In this document: in pieces, positions 28,510 through 39,300 of the stretch
Position numbering within the stretch: position 1 is the stretch's first letter
How the letters are laid out: each line of letters begins with the position of its first letter
NCBI GenBank assembly: GCA_036679065.1
Contig: JAZIGN010000003.1
Location: forward strand, 64,001-128,000
Source of the DNA: Coprothermobacterota bacterium
GTDB lineage: Bacteria; Coprothermobacterota; Coprothermobacteria; Coprothermobacterales; Coprothermobacteraceae
Reading direction: 5' to 3'
Length of the DNA: 64,000 nt
Made by a program: the position numbers and the translations under genes
Notes under the pieces: generated by a model
Told to the model about the DNA's origin: nothing
Databases searched by the model: none
What the model saw: the letters and a program-made list of their open reading frames with translations, nothing else

Positions 28510-30534
28510 TTGCAAGCTTTTGCTCATTTTGTAGTGAAGAACCGCAAATGGGTGATCGCAGTGTACTTGGTCTTGGCTTTACTATCCTTCTTTGCGATGC
28601 AGAACCGTGGTATGAACTACGATATAACCAGTGCCTTACCCAAGGACGTACCATCCATCGAAGCCATGCAAATACTCACTGATCAAATGCAGGTGGGAGA
28701 GTCCATAACCATCTATTGGAAAGATGGAAGCTTAAAAGACGTAGCTGCAGCCGTTGAAAAGATAAAAGAGATACCCAAGGTGATCAACGTATCCTGGCTT
28801 GGAACGGTGGTTGATCCTGCCACACCCCAAGAACTTTACCCGGATGAAGCAAGCAACTGGGTAAAAGGAAATGACTTTAATGTGGTAATTCAAACCACAG
28901 CTACTACTGGAGAAGTGAGCCAGATCACAAGTGAGCTAAGAAGTTTCTTGCCCAGCAATGCCCACATCATATCCAGCGATGTTCAGCTGGAAGAAGTAGA
29001 GAAGTACTTCTCAGGAAAGCCCATGCTTTACTTCGGCCTGGGTTTGCTCTTTGTGTTCCTGTTTTTGCTCTTCTACTTTGATAAACCACTCACACCCATA
29101 CTCATTGTTGTTTCCATGGCAGTTGGCGTGCTACTCAATTTAGGGATTTCCGGACTCCTTAGACAAAGTACGTTCTATTTGGTCACCATCATAGTGGAGG
29201 TACTTCAGCTGGCTGTATCTTATGACTACGCTCTGTTCTTGTATCACCGGTACGAGGAAGAAAGAAAAACTCACCCTGATGATGAAAGCATGGAGATGGC
29301 CTTAGTAGCTACTATCAAAGCTATTTCCTTATCCGCTCTAACTACGGTGGCAGGATTCTTTGCCCTAACCTTCGCCACCTTGACCATTAGTCAGGACATC
29401 GGTTGGCTACTTCTACGCGGTGTGGCCTTGTCTTTCCTGGTAAGTATTACTTTATTGCCGGCACTGCTTCTCACCTTCGAAGGCAAACTAACATGGAAGA
29501 CACTCAACGTGGAAGGTATCGTAGCAAACATTGCAGCAAGCGTTGAAAAGGCGATTACGCCACTTTTTGTGGTCCTTCTCATCATTTTGGTGCTGGGATT
29601 CTGGGGTGGCAGCCGAACCGAGATAACTTATGCCAACGACGTATTCATACCAAGCCAACTGACTACCATAAAACTGCAGCAGGAATACCAAAAGGAATTC
29701 CAGAATTACGATACCTGGATGGTACTGCTGGACAAGAACACAAACTACACACCGGCACTTCAAGAAATCAATAAGCTGAGCTTGGTGCAGAGCGTGCTTA
29801 ATCCAGCTACTATGTTGGATCAAGCCATACCTCAGGAGATGCTGCCTTCGTCAGTACTCAGCTCTTTCTCCAATGATAAGTATGTTTACGCCATTGTGAA
29901 TACAAAAGTGAAGCCGGACACACCCGAAGCTGAGCAGCTCAGGAAAGAAATTGAGAGCATACTCGCCTCTGTTCCCGGAAAGAACTATGTAACAGGGTTG
30001 TCCATAGCTATTGACGACATAAAGCGTATAAGTGTGGAAGACAGCACAAAAACCGGTTTGCTGACGTTAATCTTCATATTCGTCATCTTGTTAGCTGGTT
30101 TCAGAAACGTGTGGCTGTCCTTGGTACTCATAGGCGTGATCGAGGCTGCTGTTCAGTTCAACCTGTGGGCAGCTGGGTGGTTCCAGGCAGTCACCTTCAT
30201 GGTGCCCATTACATTGTCCACTGTGCAACTGGGTTCCACCATTGACTACGCAGTGCTATCTGCTACACGTTTTGAAGAAGCGGTAAGAGAAGGGAATGAG
30301 AACCCCTTGGATGTGACCATCAGAGGTGCTTCCCCATCCATATTTGTCAGTGCTGGAACGTTCTTCCTGATGAGCCTGCCTTCTGCAGTCCTCAGTGACA
30401 TTCCAGGATTAACCCAAATCATGGGTGGACTAGCCAGAGGAGCACTCATCTCTGGACTAATTGCGGTATTCTTACTCCCTACCGTATTCAAGGTATTCCA
30501 GCACATCCTTTTTGGAAGGAGTGTGAAAGCATGA
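28510..30534 (+). CDS. MMPL/RND-family membrane transporter
   Basis: Twofold repeat with QLAVSYDYALFL and QLGSTIDYAVL, and SALTTVAGF. TTG start after AGGAGGTGA. Confidence 0.88.
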   Translation: MQAFAHFVVKNRKWVIAVYLVLALLSFFAMQNRGMNYDITSALPKDVPSIEAMQILTDQMQVGESITIYWKDGSLKDVAAAVEKIKEIPKVINVSWLGTVVDPATPQELYPDEASNWVKGNDFNVVIQTTATTGEVSQITSELRSFLPSNAHIISSDVQLEEVEKYFSGKPMLYFGLGLLFVFLFLLFYFDKPLTPILIVVSMAVGVLLNLGISGLLRQSTFYLVTIIVEVLQLAVSYDYALFLYHRYEEERKTHPDDESMEMALVATIKAISLSALTTVAGFFALTFATLTISQDIGWLLLRGVALSFLVSITLLPALLLTFEGKLTWKTLNVEGIVANIAASVEKAITPLFVVLLIILVLGFWGGSRTEITYANDVFIPSQLTTIKLQQEYQKEFQNYDTWMVLLDKNTNYTPALQEINKLSLVQSVLNPATMLDQAIPQEMLPSSVLSSFSNDKYVYAIVNTKVKPDTPEAEQLRKEIESILASVPGKNYVTGLSIAIDDIKRISVEDSTKTGLLTLIFIFVILLAGFRNVWLSLVLIGVIEAAVQFNLWAAGWFQAVTFMVPITLSTVQLGSTIDYAVLSATRFEEAVREGNENPLDVTIRGASPSIFVSAGTFFLMSLPSAVLSDIPGLTQIMGGLARGALISGLIAVFLLPTVFKVFQHILFGRSVKA

Positions 30535-32207
30535 AAAGCAAAAAACTTGTAGCCCTTGCGGCCATATTGGCGCTGGCTTTCCTGCCCCTAAATGCTAATG
30601 CAGCACCCACTGTGTCCGATTATGAGAACGTGTATGTGATTCAAAACAGCGCAGGAGAAGTAAAGAAAGTTATTTCAGTGGACTGGCTTAGAGTGGAAGG
30701 AGAGGGACCTTTCAGCATCTTAGACCCCGTTGAGGGGGCACAATCACCGCAGATCCTCATCGGTGATGCCACTATTACTCAAAGCGATATGGGGCTAACC
30801 ATAAAAGGAGATTCCAGCGGTGTAGCTGATGTTTTCTACAGAACTGACCTGCAGAAGGAGCTTCCATTCTCCTTGAAACTGAACGTACTGTTAAATGGTG
30901 AAGAAGCTACCTTGAATGATCTTGATGAAGCCACAGGAAAAGTGGAAATTGGCGTGGAATTCATGAATTACTACAAACAGCAGGATACTTACTTGCCATG
31001 GTTGGTTAACGTAAGCCTCACCTTGGATGGCCCTTCTGTGAAAGATGTTACAGTCAGCAGTGGTAACGTGAGCTACGTGGGGTCAAAAGCCATGGCCACC
31101 TTGATGATGCAGGCATTGGGTGAAAGGACGACAGCCACTATAAGTTACGAAGCGATGAAAAAGAGCAGCCCTTCCTTATCCATAAGTGTAGTTCCTACGC
31201 TCATGGCCATAGAACTGCCTGACATGTCCAACCTTAAAGACATGGCAAAAGCATTAGATGGCATTGCAAAAGGCATAGATGGCTACAGCGAGGCACTAAC
31301 CAAGATGGCCAACTCCATAAAAACTGACATGGACCTAAGCAGTTTGGAGAATGTTACTCTTCTGTTGGATGCCTATGGACAAATACTAAGTCAGATGTAT
31401 CAGCAACTAAACCCCGAGCAGATTGCGATGCTTCCCAAGGCAGCAGAAGGGCTAAGCACTCTTCAACAACCGCTCCAGCAGACAGCTTCTGCTTTAGACC
31501 AATTAGGCTCATTGGTTGACGCTTACATGGAGCTCGCTTCCCAAAGCTTAACCATAAATCAGCAAGTAACCAACGCCTTGGCAATGCAGCCGCAGCTTCA
31601 GGGCAAGGAGCAGCTTCTCCAACTCATGGGCCAGCAGCAAATGTTACTTCAAGCAATGACTCAGGGTGCAACTTTGCCAGTCGGATTTGTTCCGCCTTTG
31701 TCCACTCTAAAACAATCCATTGTTCAGCTAAGTCAAGGAAGCCTTCAGATGGCACAAGCTTTGCAGCAAACAGCCAGCCAGATGGCAATGCTAAAAGATT
31801 TAAGTAACGGATTGCTGGCTATGCGCAGCACATTAGGAGTCATGGTCAATGGCGGTACACTGCAAGGTAAGACCTTACCACCCATAGCACAGGTTAGCGG
31901 CGAGCTGAAAACTGGCATTAGCACCATGCAAAAACAACTCAGCCAAGGCATGCTTGACTTGAAATCTGCCCTTACTACGTTGGTTAAAGGTGGAACCATA
32001 AATGGACAAACCATACCACCCATGAGTGAACTTTCCAAAGGCTTGAGGCAAATCTCCAAAGGTGCCAATGAGGCATACGAAACATTCTCCAGCCAGAGCC
32101 AAGACTTGGAAAAAGCTAAGGATCTGGCGGAAACTTACAATAGTTTTAGCGGTTTACCCACAGGAGCCGCTGGAAAGGTCATGTTCATAATAAAGATAGA
32201 AGATTAA
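30531..32207 (+). CDS. Secreted helical/coiled-coil protein coupled to the MMPL gene (YhgE/Pip-like architecture, function unknown)
   Basis: Signal peptide; ENVYV N-terminal motif; long Gln/Leu-rich heptads; ATGA overlap with the MMPL stop codon. Confidence 0.7.
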   Translation: MKSKKLVALAAILALAFLPLNANAAPTVSDYENVYVIQNSAGEVKKVISVDWLRVEGEGPFSILDPVEGAQSPQILIGDATITQSDMGLTIKGDSSGVADVFYRTDLQKELPFSLKLNVLLNGEEATLNDLDEATGKVEIGVEFMNYYKQQDTYLPWLVNVSLTLDGPSVKDVTVSSGNVSYVGSKAMATLMMQALGERTTATISYEAMKKSSPSLSISVVPTLMAIELPDMSNLKDMAKALDGIAKGIDGYSEALTKMANSIKTDMDLSSLENVTLLLDAYGQILSQMYQQLNPEQIAMLPKAAEGLSTLQQPLQQTASALDQLGSLVDAYMELASQSLTINQQVTNALAMQPQLQGKEQLLQLMGQQQMLLQAMTQGATLPVGFVPPLSTLKQSIVQLSQGSLQMAQALQQTASQMAMLKDLSNGLLAMRSTLGVMVNGGTLQGKTLPPIAQVSGELKTGISTMQKQLSQGMLDLKSALTTLVKGGTINGQTIPPMSELSKGLRQISKGANEAYETFSSQSQDLEKAKDLAETYNSFSGLPTGAAGKVMFIIKIED

Positions 32208-32240
32208 AGCTGATAACTGAACAGAAAAGCAAATGTTGTC

Positions 32241-32280
32241 AAGAGGCTTCTCCCCTATTGGAGGAGCCTCTTCTCTTTTT
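32241..32280 (+). terminator. Intrinsic terminator after the MMPL operon
   Basis: AAGAGGCTTCTCC-N6-GGAGGAGCCTCTT followed by CTCTTTTT. Confidence 0.85.
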
Positions 32281-32501
32281 AGCATAACCAAAATGGACGC
32301 ACTTGCCACCTGAGAGAATCTTTGTTTTCTGGATAACACGTTACCACAGAGTTTTTCTGCGTAAATGTGAAACAGCATTTCACTTCTTTATTGAACGATT
32401 ACACTCTACAAAGCAATCAGAGCGGAACCCCCACCTTACCAAGATATGCACAACTTACCCTGCATTGTTTTACCATTATGACAAGGGAGGTGAATACACC
32501 C

Positions 32502-34013
32502 ATGGAACTCACATTTCTGGGCGCTGCTCAGGAAGTTACTGGGTCTAGTTATTTGCTCGAGAGCGAGGACACCAAACTGCTCATCGATTTTGGCATGTTC
32601 CAAGGTAAAGAAGAGGACTGGAATTACCAGCCCCTGGACATAAGAGCAAAAGAAATTAACGCACTTTTACTCACTCATGCCCATCTGGACCACTCGGGAC
32701 GCATACCAGTTCTGGTAAAGAATGGCTTCCGAGGTCCCATTTTTGCCACACCGCCCACCATCGAACTTACGAAACTGCTGTGGGAAGACACGCTAAAGCT
32801 CATGAAAGAAGAAAAGGAAAGACTCGACCGCAAGAGACGTAGGCAGGATAAACCACCTGTGGAACTACTGTTTGACGAATATGATGCTGATGAGGCAAGT
32901 AAATTGTTTGTACCATTGCCATGGAACGAACCAGAGAGCTTCAAGGGATTTCAATTCACATTCCGACCTTCAGGGCATATATTGGGCGCCAGTAGCATAG
33001 AAGTAAGTGCAGAAAACATAAAACTGGTGTTCTCCGGTGATCTTGGACCACAGGACACAGTCTTGGAACCCCCTCCACACATTTTTGAGGATGCCGATTA
33101 TGTTGTTATTGAATCCACCTACGGAGACCGCGAGCACAAAGATTTAGAAGAAACCCGCGCCGAGTTTAAGAATGCGCTTTCTGCGGCAATCCGCGATGAG
33201 TCAAAAGTGCTCATACCCACCTTTGTTGTAGACAGAGCTCAGCGGATTATTTACGAGCTTTACCTTCTATTACAAGAAATGCCTGAACTAAGCAATATGC
33301 CTATGTATTTTGACTCACCACTGGGTAACAAAATCACCGCAGTTTACAGCAGTTATCCCGAATACCTTTTGCCTCACTTAGCTGACTTCTTCCGCGGTAT
33401 GGACCAAGAGAAGCTTGGCATTCAATATGTCGATACACCAGAGCAAAGCAAGAAACTTAACAGTTTAAGCCACGCTCTGATCATGGCTGGCTCAGGTATG
33501 TGCACAGGAGGCCGCATCTTACACCACCTCAAACATGGGTTATGGAACCCAAAGAACCATTTGATTTTCGTTGGATATCAGGCAGCAGGCACATTGGGAA
33601 GGTCCATTGTGGACGGCGCACGAAACGTAAGAATAATGGGAGAAGACATCGCTGTTAGGGCACAAATACACACCATAAACGGCTTTTCTTCACATGCTGA
33701 TGCCAAAGACTTACTGAGCTGGGCAAGTAATTTTCCACAGAACACCACTTTTCTGGTCACCCACGGTGAACCACAGCCAGCTAAATCTTTGGCTTTGGCA
33801 CTTAGCGGTCGGGGTTACTCCAGCGTTGTACCTTCGCGTCGCCAATCGGTAACGCTCAGACCAAGCAAAGAACGTATAGCCATTCCAGCTCCAGAAGCCC
33901 ATACAATAGGACAAAAAATTGACAATTTTGTGGCAAAATATCCACATAAAAGAGAACTTGTGGAGAGAGTGCTTACTGCCCTACTGGAGAGTCTGGAAGA
34001 CAGCGAAGCATGA
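32502..34013 (+). CDS. Beta-CASP metallo-beta-lactamase-fold ribonuclease
   Basis: FLGAAQEVTGS, THAHLDHSG, GHILG, SGDLG, ESTYGDR, GSGMCTGGR, FSSHAD, THGE. Confidence 0.92.
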   Translation: MELTFLGAAQEVTGSSYLLESEDTKLLIDFGMFQGKEEDWNYQPLDIRAKEINALLLTHAHLDHSGRIPVLVKNGFRGPIFATPPTIELTKLLWEDTLKLMKEEKERLDRKRRRQDKPPVELLFDEYDADEASKLFVPLPWNEPESFKGFQFTFRPSGHILGASSIEVSAENIKLVFSGDLGPQDTVLEPPPHIFEDADYVVIESTYGDREHKDLEETRAEFKNALSAAIRDESKVLIPTFVVDRAQRIIYELYLLLQEMPELSNMPMYFDSPLGNKITAVYSSYPEYLLPHLADFFRGMDQEKLGIQYVDTPEQSKKLNSLSHALIMAGSGMCTGGRILHHLKHGLWNPKNHLIFVGYQAAGTLGRSIVDGARNVRIMGEDIAVRAQIHTINGFSSHADAKDLLSWASNFPQNTTFLVTHGEPQPAKSLALALSGRGYSSVVPSRRQSVTLRPSKERIAIPAPEAHTIGQKIDNFVAKYPHKRELVERVLTALLESLEDSEA

Positions 34014-34034
34014 CCTCCTCAGGAGGTGGAACAG

Positions 34035-34937
34035 ATGAGTTCCAAGAAAAAGAAGATCCTTTTCAGACTCATTGTTCTCTCAGTGCTTATGTGCGTTGTT
34101 TTACCACTGTCTGTGCATGCAGCACTGGTAATTGGTAATGAGTTTGGTTACGGCACTTATGTGGGTTATTGGAAGAGTCAAGCGGACACAGTATCTCCGC
34201 CTGGTTACTTGATGGACTTCATGCAGTATGGAGGACAAACCAGTGTCTTTACAACACTTTCCACAGGCGAGGTGTTTTTTGGAGACTTCACCTTGAAAGG
34301 GAAATTGTGGTATCCGCTTGTTGCAGCGGGATCGGATGTGTACATCGCTCCTGGCAGTGAGGGTGAAATTCCCATAATACTTCTTGGATCACACGTTGTC
34401 AACCAGTCGACTGCCACGTTGCAAACCATGGCTTTACCAGGTAACGAAGTACTTTACTACATCCTCAAGCCTTTCTCCACTGTGGCAAAATACGGCGTTC
34501 TGGGTTTCTTGGTGTTAGGGCTAATTTGGGGTCTTTTAAGTGACAGCACTCCTGGATTTTCCATTAGTTGGGGTAGTGTACTTTCGGCAGTATTGGGAGC
34601 CGTTTTTCTGTTCGCTGTTTATGCCTTCGTAGATTTAGCCTCTTCTCTCTTCTTTAACGCTGCACTTAACGCGCTAGATTCTTACACAGGCCTTGTGTTA
34701 ACAATATGCTGGGCTGCTTTGTGGATAGCTTTTTGGATCATCATCATTCGCATGGTTGGTTATGGAACTAGCACTTTAAGAAAAGCCATTCCAACCCCCT
34801 GGTTCTGGATCGCTCTTGCTGTGGTAAGTTATTTTTGGTATCCCTGTGCTTTGGTGGTTTTAGTGGCACTGGCGGCTTTGGGAAGTGCGCAATGGTTTTC
34901 GAATTTCTTGGAAAGCCAAGTGTCATTTGGCAGATGA
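34035..34937 (+). CDS. Hypothetical integral membrane protein
   Basis: Signal peptide, small soluble domain and about 4-5 C-terminal TM segments; AGGAGG RBS. Confidence 0.7.
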   Translation: MSSKKKKILFRLIVLSVLMCVVLPLSVHAALVIGNEFGYGTYVGYWKSQADTVSPPGYLMDFMQYGGQTSVFTTLSTGEVFFGDFTLKGKLWYPLVAAGSDVYIAPGSEGEIPIILLGSHVVNQSTATLQTMALPGNEVLYYILKPFSTVAKYGVLGFLVLGLIWGLLSDSTPGFSISWGSVLSAVLGAVFLFAVYAFVDLASSLFFNAALNALDSYTGLVLTICWAALWIAFWIIIIRMVGYGTSTLRKAIPTPWFWIALAVVSYFWYPCALVVLVALAALGSAQWFSNFLESQVSFGR

Positions 34938-35011
34938 GAAAATTCACTTATGTAAAACGTACCGGTGAATAAGACGATCAGTACAGGTTTGATGAGCCAT
35001 AGGAGAAATCA

Positions 35012-36307
35012 GTGGAGCCCATAGTAGCATTGGCCACTCCGTGGGGAGTGGGAGCCCTACACGTGATCAGAATATCTGGTGATGCATCGAAAAACACAGT
35101 AGAAGCATTTCTTAACAAGCCATTACAAAAGCCACGACATGCCTCTTTGAGGTACTTCAGCTCCGAAAAGGTAGAAGATCAAGTTGTGGCAATTTGGTAT
35201 TCTGAGCCACACTCCTACACAGGAGAAGAAATGGTTGAGATAATGTGCCACGGTAACCCAGCCATTGCAGAGCTTATCATAGAGACTCTTTTGGATGCCG
35301 GTATGAAACCCGCTCAGCCTGGGGAATTCACCTTCCGAGCTTTCCTTAACGGAAAGATGGACCTTACTCAGGCTGAAGCGGTTAACGATCTTATTCTGGC
35401 AAGAAGCACAGAGCTTCTAAAAGCCGGTGAGAATACGCTGAAAGGCAAACTTAGCGACAGAATAGCAAGTCTAAGGAGTAAAGTACTTAACGTATTGGCT
35501 TTCCTCCAGGCAGCCATGGACTTCCCCGAAGACGTAGAGGAGAGCAATATTGAAGAGCAGTTGAGAGAAATACTGGTAGAAACTCAAGACCTCATTGAAA
35601 GCGCCAAAACAGCTGAAATACTCAGAAAAGGCATAAGCCTGGTAATAGCAGGTAGGCCAAATGTGGGCAAATCTTCTTTAATGAACGCACTAGTTGGCAT
35701 GGAACGTTCCATCGTGTCGCAAATCCCAGGGACTACTAGAGATTACATAGAACAGTACACGGTATTAGGAAAAATACCTGTAAATGTGGTAGATACTGCG
35801 GGGCTTCGCCACACGGATGATCCCATTGAACAAGAAGGCGTAAAACTGGCACTTCGTAGAATTGAGGAAGCTGATCTGGTAATTTTCCTATATGATGCCT
35901 CAACGGGATGGACCGATGAAGATCAGCAGATGTTCAATCTCATTCAAGAAGAAAAGACCATTGTTGTGGGAAACAAAATAGATAAAGGCAAAGGCGCTGA
36001 GCAGCATCCAAAGGCCTACTTCGTCAGCGCAAAGGAAAAGACAGGCATAGACCGAATAATTGAAGCCATACACCAGCTGATGAATATTACGGAACCGCCA
36101 AAACTTCTAGTGAGCCAAAGGCAAATGGGGCTTTTAGAAAAGACCCTTGGCGACGTGCACGATGCTCTGGAACATCTTAGTGTTTACGCTGAGGTGGCAG
36201 CCGACGATTTGTTCTCTGCACTTAGGAATTTAACAACCCTAATTGACGGAGACGTAGAAGAAGACCTTCTATCAACAGTTTTCTCTAATTTTTGCATTGG
36301 GAAGTAA
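35012..36307 (+). CDS. mnmE: tRNA modification GTPase MnmE
   Basis: SYTGEE..E..CHG, PGEFTFRAFLNGKMDL, GRPNVGKSS, GTTRD, DTAG, NKID, terminal FCIGK. Confidence 0.97.
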   Translation: MEPIVALATPWGVGALHVIRISGDASKNTVEAFLNKPLQKPRHASLRYFSSEKVEDQVVAIWYSEPHSYTGEEMVEIMCHGNPAIAELIIETLLDAGMKPAQPGEFTFRAFLNGKMDLTQAEAVNDLILARSTELLKAGENTLKGKLSDRIASLRSKVLNVLAFLQAAMDFPEDVEESNIEEQLREILVETQDLIESAKTAEILRKGISLVIAGRPNVGKSSLMNALVGMERSIVSQIPGTTRDYIEQYTVLGKIPVNVVDTAGLRHTDDPIEQEGVKLALRRIEEADLVIFLYDASTGWTDEDQQMFNLIQEEKTIVVGNKIDKGKGAEQHPKAYFVSAKEKTGIDRIIEAIHQLMNITEPPKLLVSQRQMGLLEKTLGDVHDALEHLSVYAEVAADDLFSALRNLTTLIDGDVEEDLLSTVFSNFCIGK

Positions 36308-36338
36308 GTAGTTCAGGGTCTTGTTTCCCCACATAATT

Positions 36339-39300
36339 CTACGTTCTTTCATCTTCTCCTTTTCGCGTTTTCTTGCTTCTCTTTTGAAGGTACATCCGTG
36401 CGTCTGATGTTCTGAGAAGTTCCTCCAAAGTTAAAACTTCCTTGGCTTCCACAATTCCGTAACTGAGGCCAACTGGTATCGGACTGTTAGCAAGCTCCAT
36501 TTCTATTCTTTCTGCCACTTTTTGTGCCCCTTGTTCGTCACTTTGAAGCAAGATAGCAAGGAACTCATCGCCACCCCATCTCACAGCGAAATCGCTTTGT
36601 CGAATATGTTTCTTCAAACCAGAACCAACTTCACGTAGCACCTGATCGCCCACTGGATGCCCCAACGTGTCGTTTATGTTCTTCAGATTATCTACGTCCA
36701 TGAATATGACCGAAAAAGATCTGCCGCTCCTTTCATAGTCACTCCAAAGTCTGTTAAGCACTTCCAGACCAAAGTTCCTGTTAAATAGACCTGTTAGAGC
36801 ATCATTGGTACCATAGCGAATTCCCCAAACTCTTTCCACAGATAAGAGGACAGCTTTTAAAACCAAGGCGTCAGCTACGTTCCCATTCTTCACCACTAAA
36901 GTGCCCCAGAAGGGCGGTAGGTACATGTCGATGGCAAACCCGCTAACTCGCTCTCTTCCAGCACGATAAATCTCTTCTCCCCAGCTTATGGAAAGAAAGA
37001 AATCCTCATAAAAGTGGCTAAGAATGTTCCCTAAGTAGTTAATGAATCCGCTAATGGTAGCCTGCTCTAAGGGCAGAGAAAGAAGGCTTTTCTCTAGCAT
37101 TTGAAGATTCATACTATGAGTCAAAGGAATATTTGCCTCGTGTATTTCCTTCCTTAAAAGGTTTGCTTTTTCGGAAAGGCCTAAAAGCGTAGCTAAACGA
37201 AGAGCTTCTTCCAAGAAGGCTGCTTTTTCCTCCCCTTCCACCAGCGAAGCTAGTAGTTCGTAAATGAACATGGCATCAGCGAGGTACCAACCGTGCTCAG
37301 CTCTTACAGCAAATGCCATGAGGTTCTCCACTGTGTCCCTTTGCCTAAAAGCCCTTAAGAACAGCACTATGGGCCGGTCACTACTAAATAGCTTCAACTT
37401 GCTAAGATTTTCAGGGCTCTTCTTGCAAAGCCACATCAATGGATACAAAGGCTGACTGGAACTAAGACCAAGCGAAGGAAACGTTACCTCGCTCCACGAA
37501 CGCAGGTCCAAAACAGCCTGGAAAACAGTTAGCCTGAAATGCTCTTCTTCACTGCCAGTCTCGGCATTCATCATGGACAATACATCTTTGGCCAAGTTCT
37601 CCATACCACTTAACCAATAAATCACAACTGCAACTTCTCCTACGTCAAAACGTGTCTTACTGTCAGCTTCTGGCATGAGAGAAATAAGTTCTTCCAATGC
37701 TTCTTTTGGTAGTCCCATGAACTGAAAGTAGGTAGCGCAGTAGTTCGATAAAGCTACCGCTCTCAAAGCCAAATTGCACGGTGCTGTGCTGCGAAAGGCA
37801 GCGTTTACGTACTTAAAAGAAGCAGAGGGGCCCTCCAGCTCCAAGGCGGAGTCTGACAGGTTTATGAGAAGCCTTAAATGCACTTCAGATCCATCCAAAG
37901 GACCCATAATCTCTAAACCACGTTGAAAAGCATCGTATGCTGCATAAAAACGCCCATTATAGGCAAGTAAGACCCCCAAGCTATTATAAAAAGAACCCAA
38001 GTGTTCCCTTAGATAGCGTTTGCCCACTATGACCTCAAGGAATTGTTCTAAAAGCTCCAACCCTTCCCTGTATCTTCCTTTTAAAACCAGTGGTAAAGTT
38101 AAATCACCAGCAAACCGCGGGAAGAACAGAGAATCGTAAAGGGCTTCCTTGTCTCTCAACAACTCTAACACTAAAGCCTCTGCCTCAGCTGTTCTTCCAC
38201 TGTAGGAAAGGAATCTAACCAGATTAGCCATATCCACTAGATTTGGGTTTTTAAGTGACTTTAGTGTTTCTACCGCACCTTCCAGGTCATTTGCCCAGTA
38301 CTGGCAAAGACTTTTCAGTCTTTTGTAACCAGGACCTTTTACCCCAAGCTGGTCCAACCTTTCAATTGTCTTCATGGCTTCCAACGTGCCCTTATTGGCC
38401 CTAAGCTCCATCAGTAGCGCAAAAGCTTCCTTCTTTCTATTGCCCACAGTTCTGTAACGCGTAGCAATTCTTCCCCAATAATCGCTATAGCCTGCCTGCG
38501 CCATGGCGTCAGCTACGTTCTCGATGATCTGTTTCCGCCTTGGTTCTGGTATCCTCTCTCGCACCTCCTGTCTTACCCGAGAGGAAGGGAACCTGTAAAG
38601 AGGGGATTCCCAAAAAACCAAGTGAAGGCGTTCCAGTGGTTCCAAGGCAGAGTAATCCTTCTGATCGCCACCAAGAAGAATGTCCTTTATAAACGAACTG
38701 TTTCTTTCAGCCATGACAGCGAAGCCGTTGACCAAATCTAATGCCTTCTGGGGAAGTTCGCTTAGTGCCTTTTGTACAGCTTCACTTAAAGTCTTTGCAC
38801 GTGTCTGGCATAGGAAGAGAAGTTCATGCCAGTTACCCTCCGTCTCCGCAATCATTTTTCCAGCGTCTTCCTCAGTGAAACCAAGGTTTCGGCAGTACTC
38901 AACCAGGTAACCATCTCCCAAGAAAGGATCCAGGGAACTGTTTTCCAAAACGGTTTCAGCCCATTCTTGAGGAAAAGCATCTCCAACAACCACAACGGTA
39001 ATATCCGTAGCTGCTACCAGCTCTGGTAAAACCACAGAAAACAAATGGTTGTAATCATCCTGCAGCCAGTCATCTATGAACCAGTATTTTATGCCCGAAG
39101 CCCTGACCAAATCCACCATGGCACTTAGAAGTAGCGTTTGTTCCTGACTTACTGCTAAAGGCCGGTACGGCTTAAAAGCGCCAAGGGCAGGGTAAAACCT
39201 GTCATGCAAGTAGCGTCTTATAATTGGACCGTGCTCGGGGAACTCTTCCAGGAAACCTTCCCTAACCTCACAGAGTAAGTCGTGAAAAAGTTGCCCTATG

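Noticed and set aside
32366..32384. Inverted repeat GTGAAA-N5-TTTCAC upstream of the beta-CASP gene
   Set aside because: Spacing fits neither Rex nor CRP boxes; too short to support an operator call.
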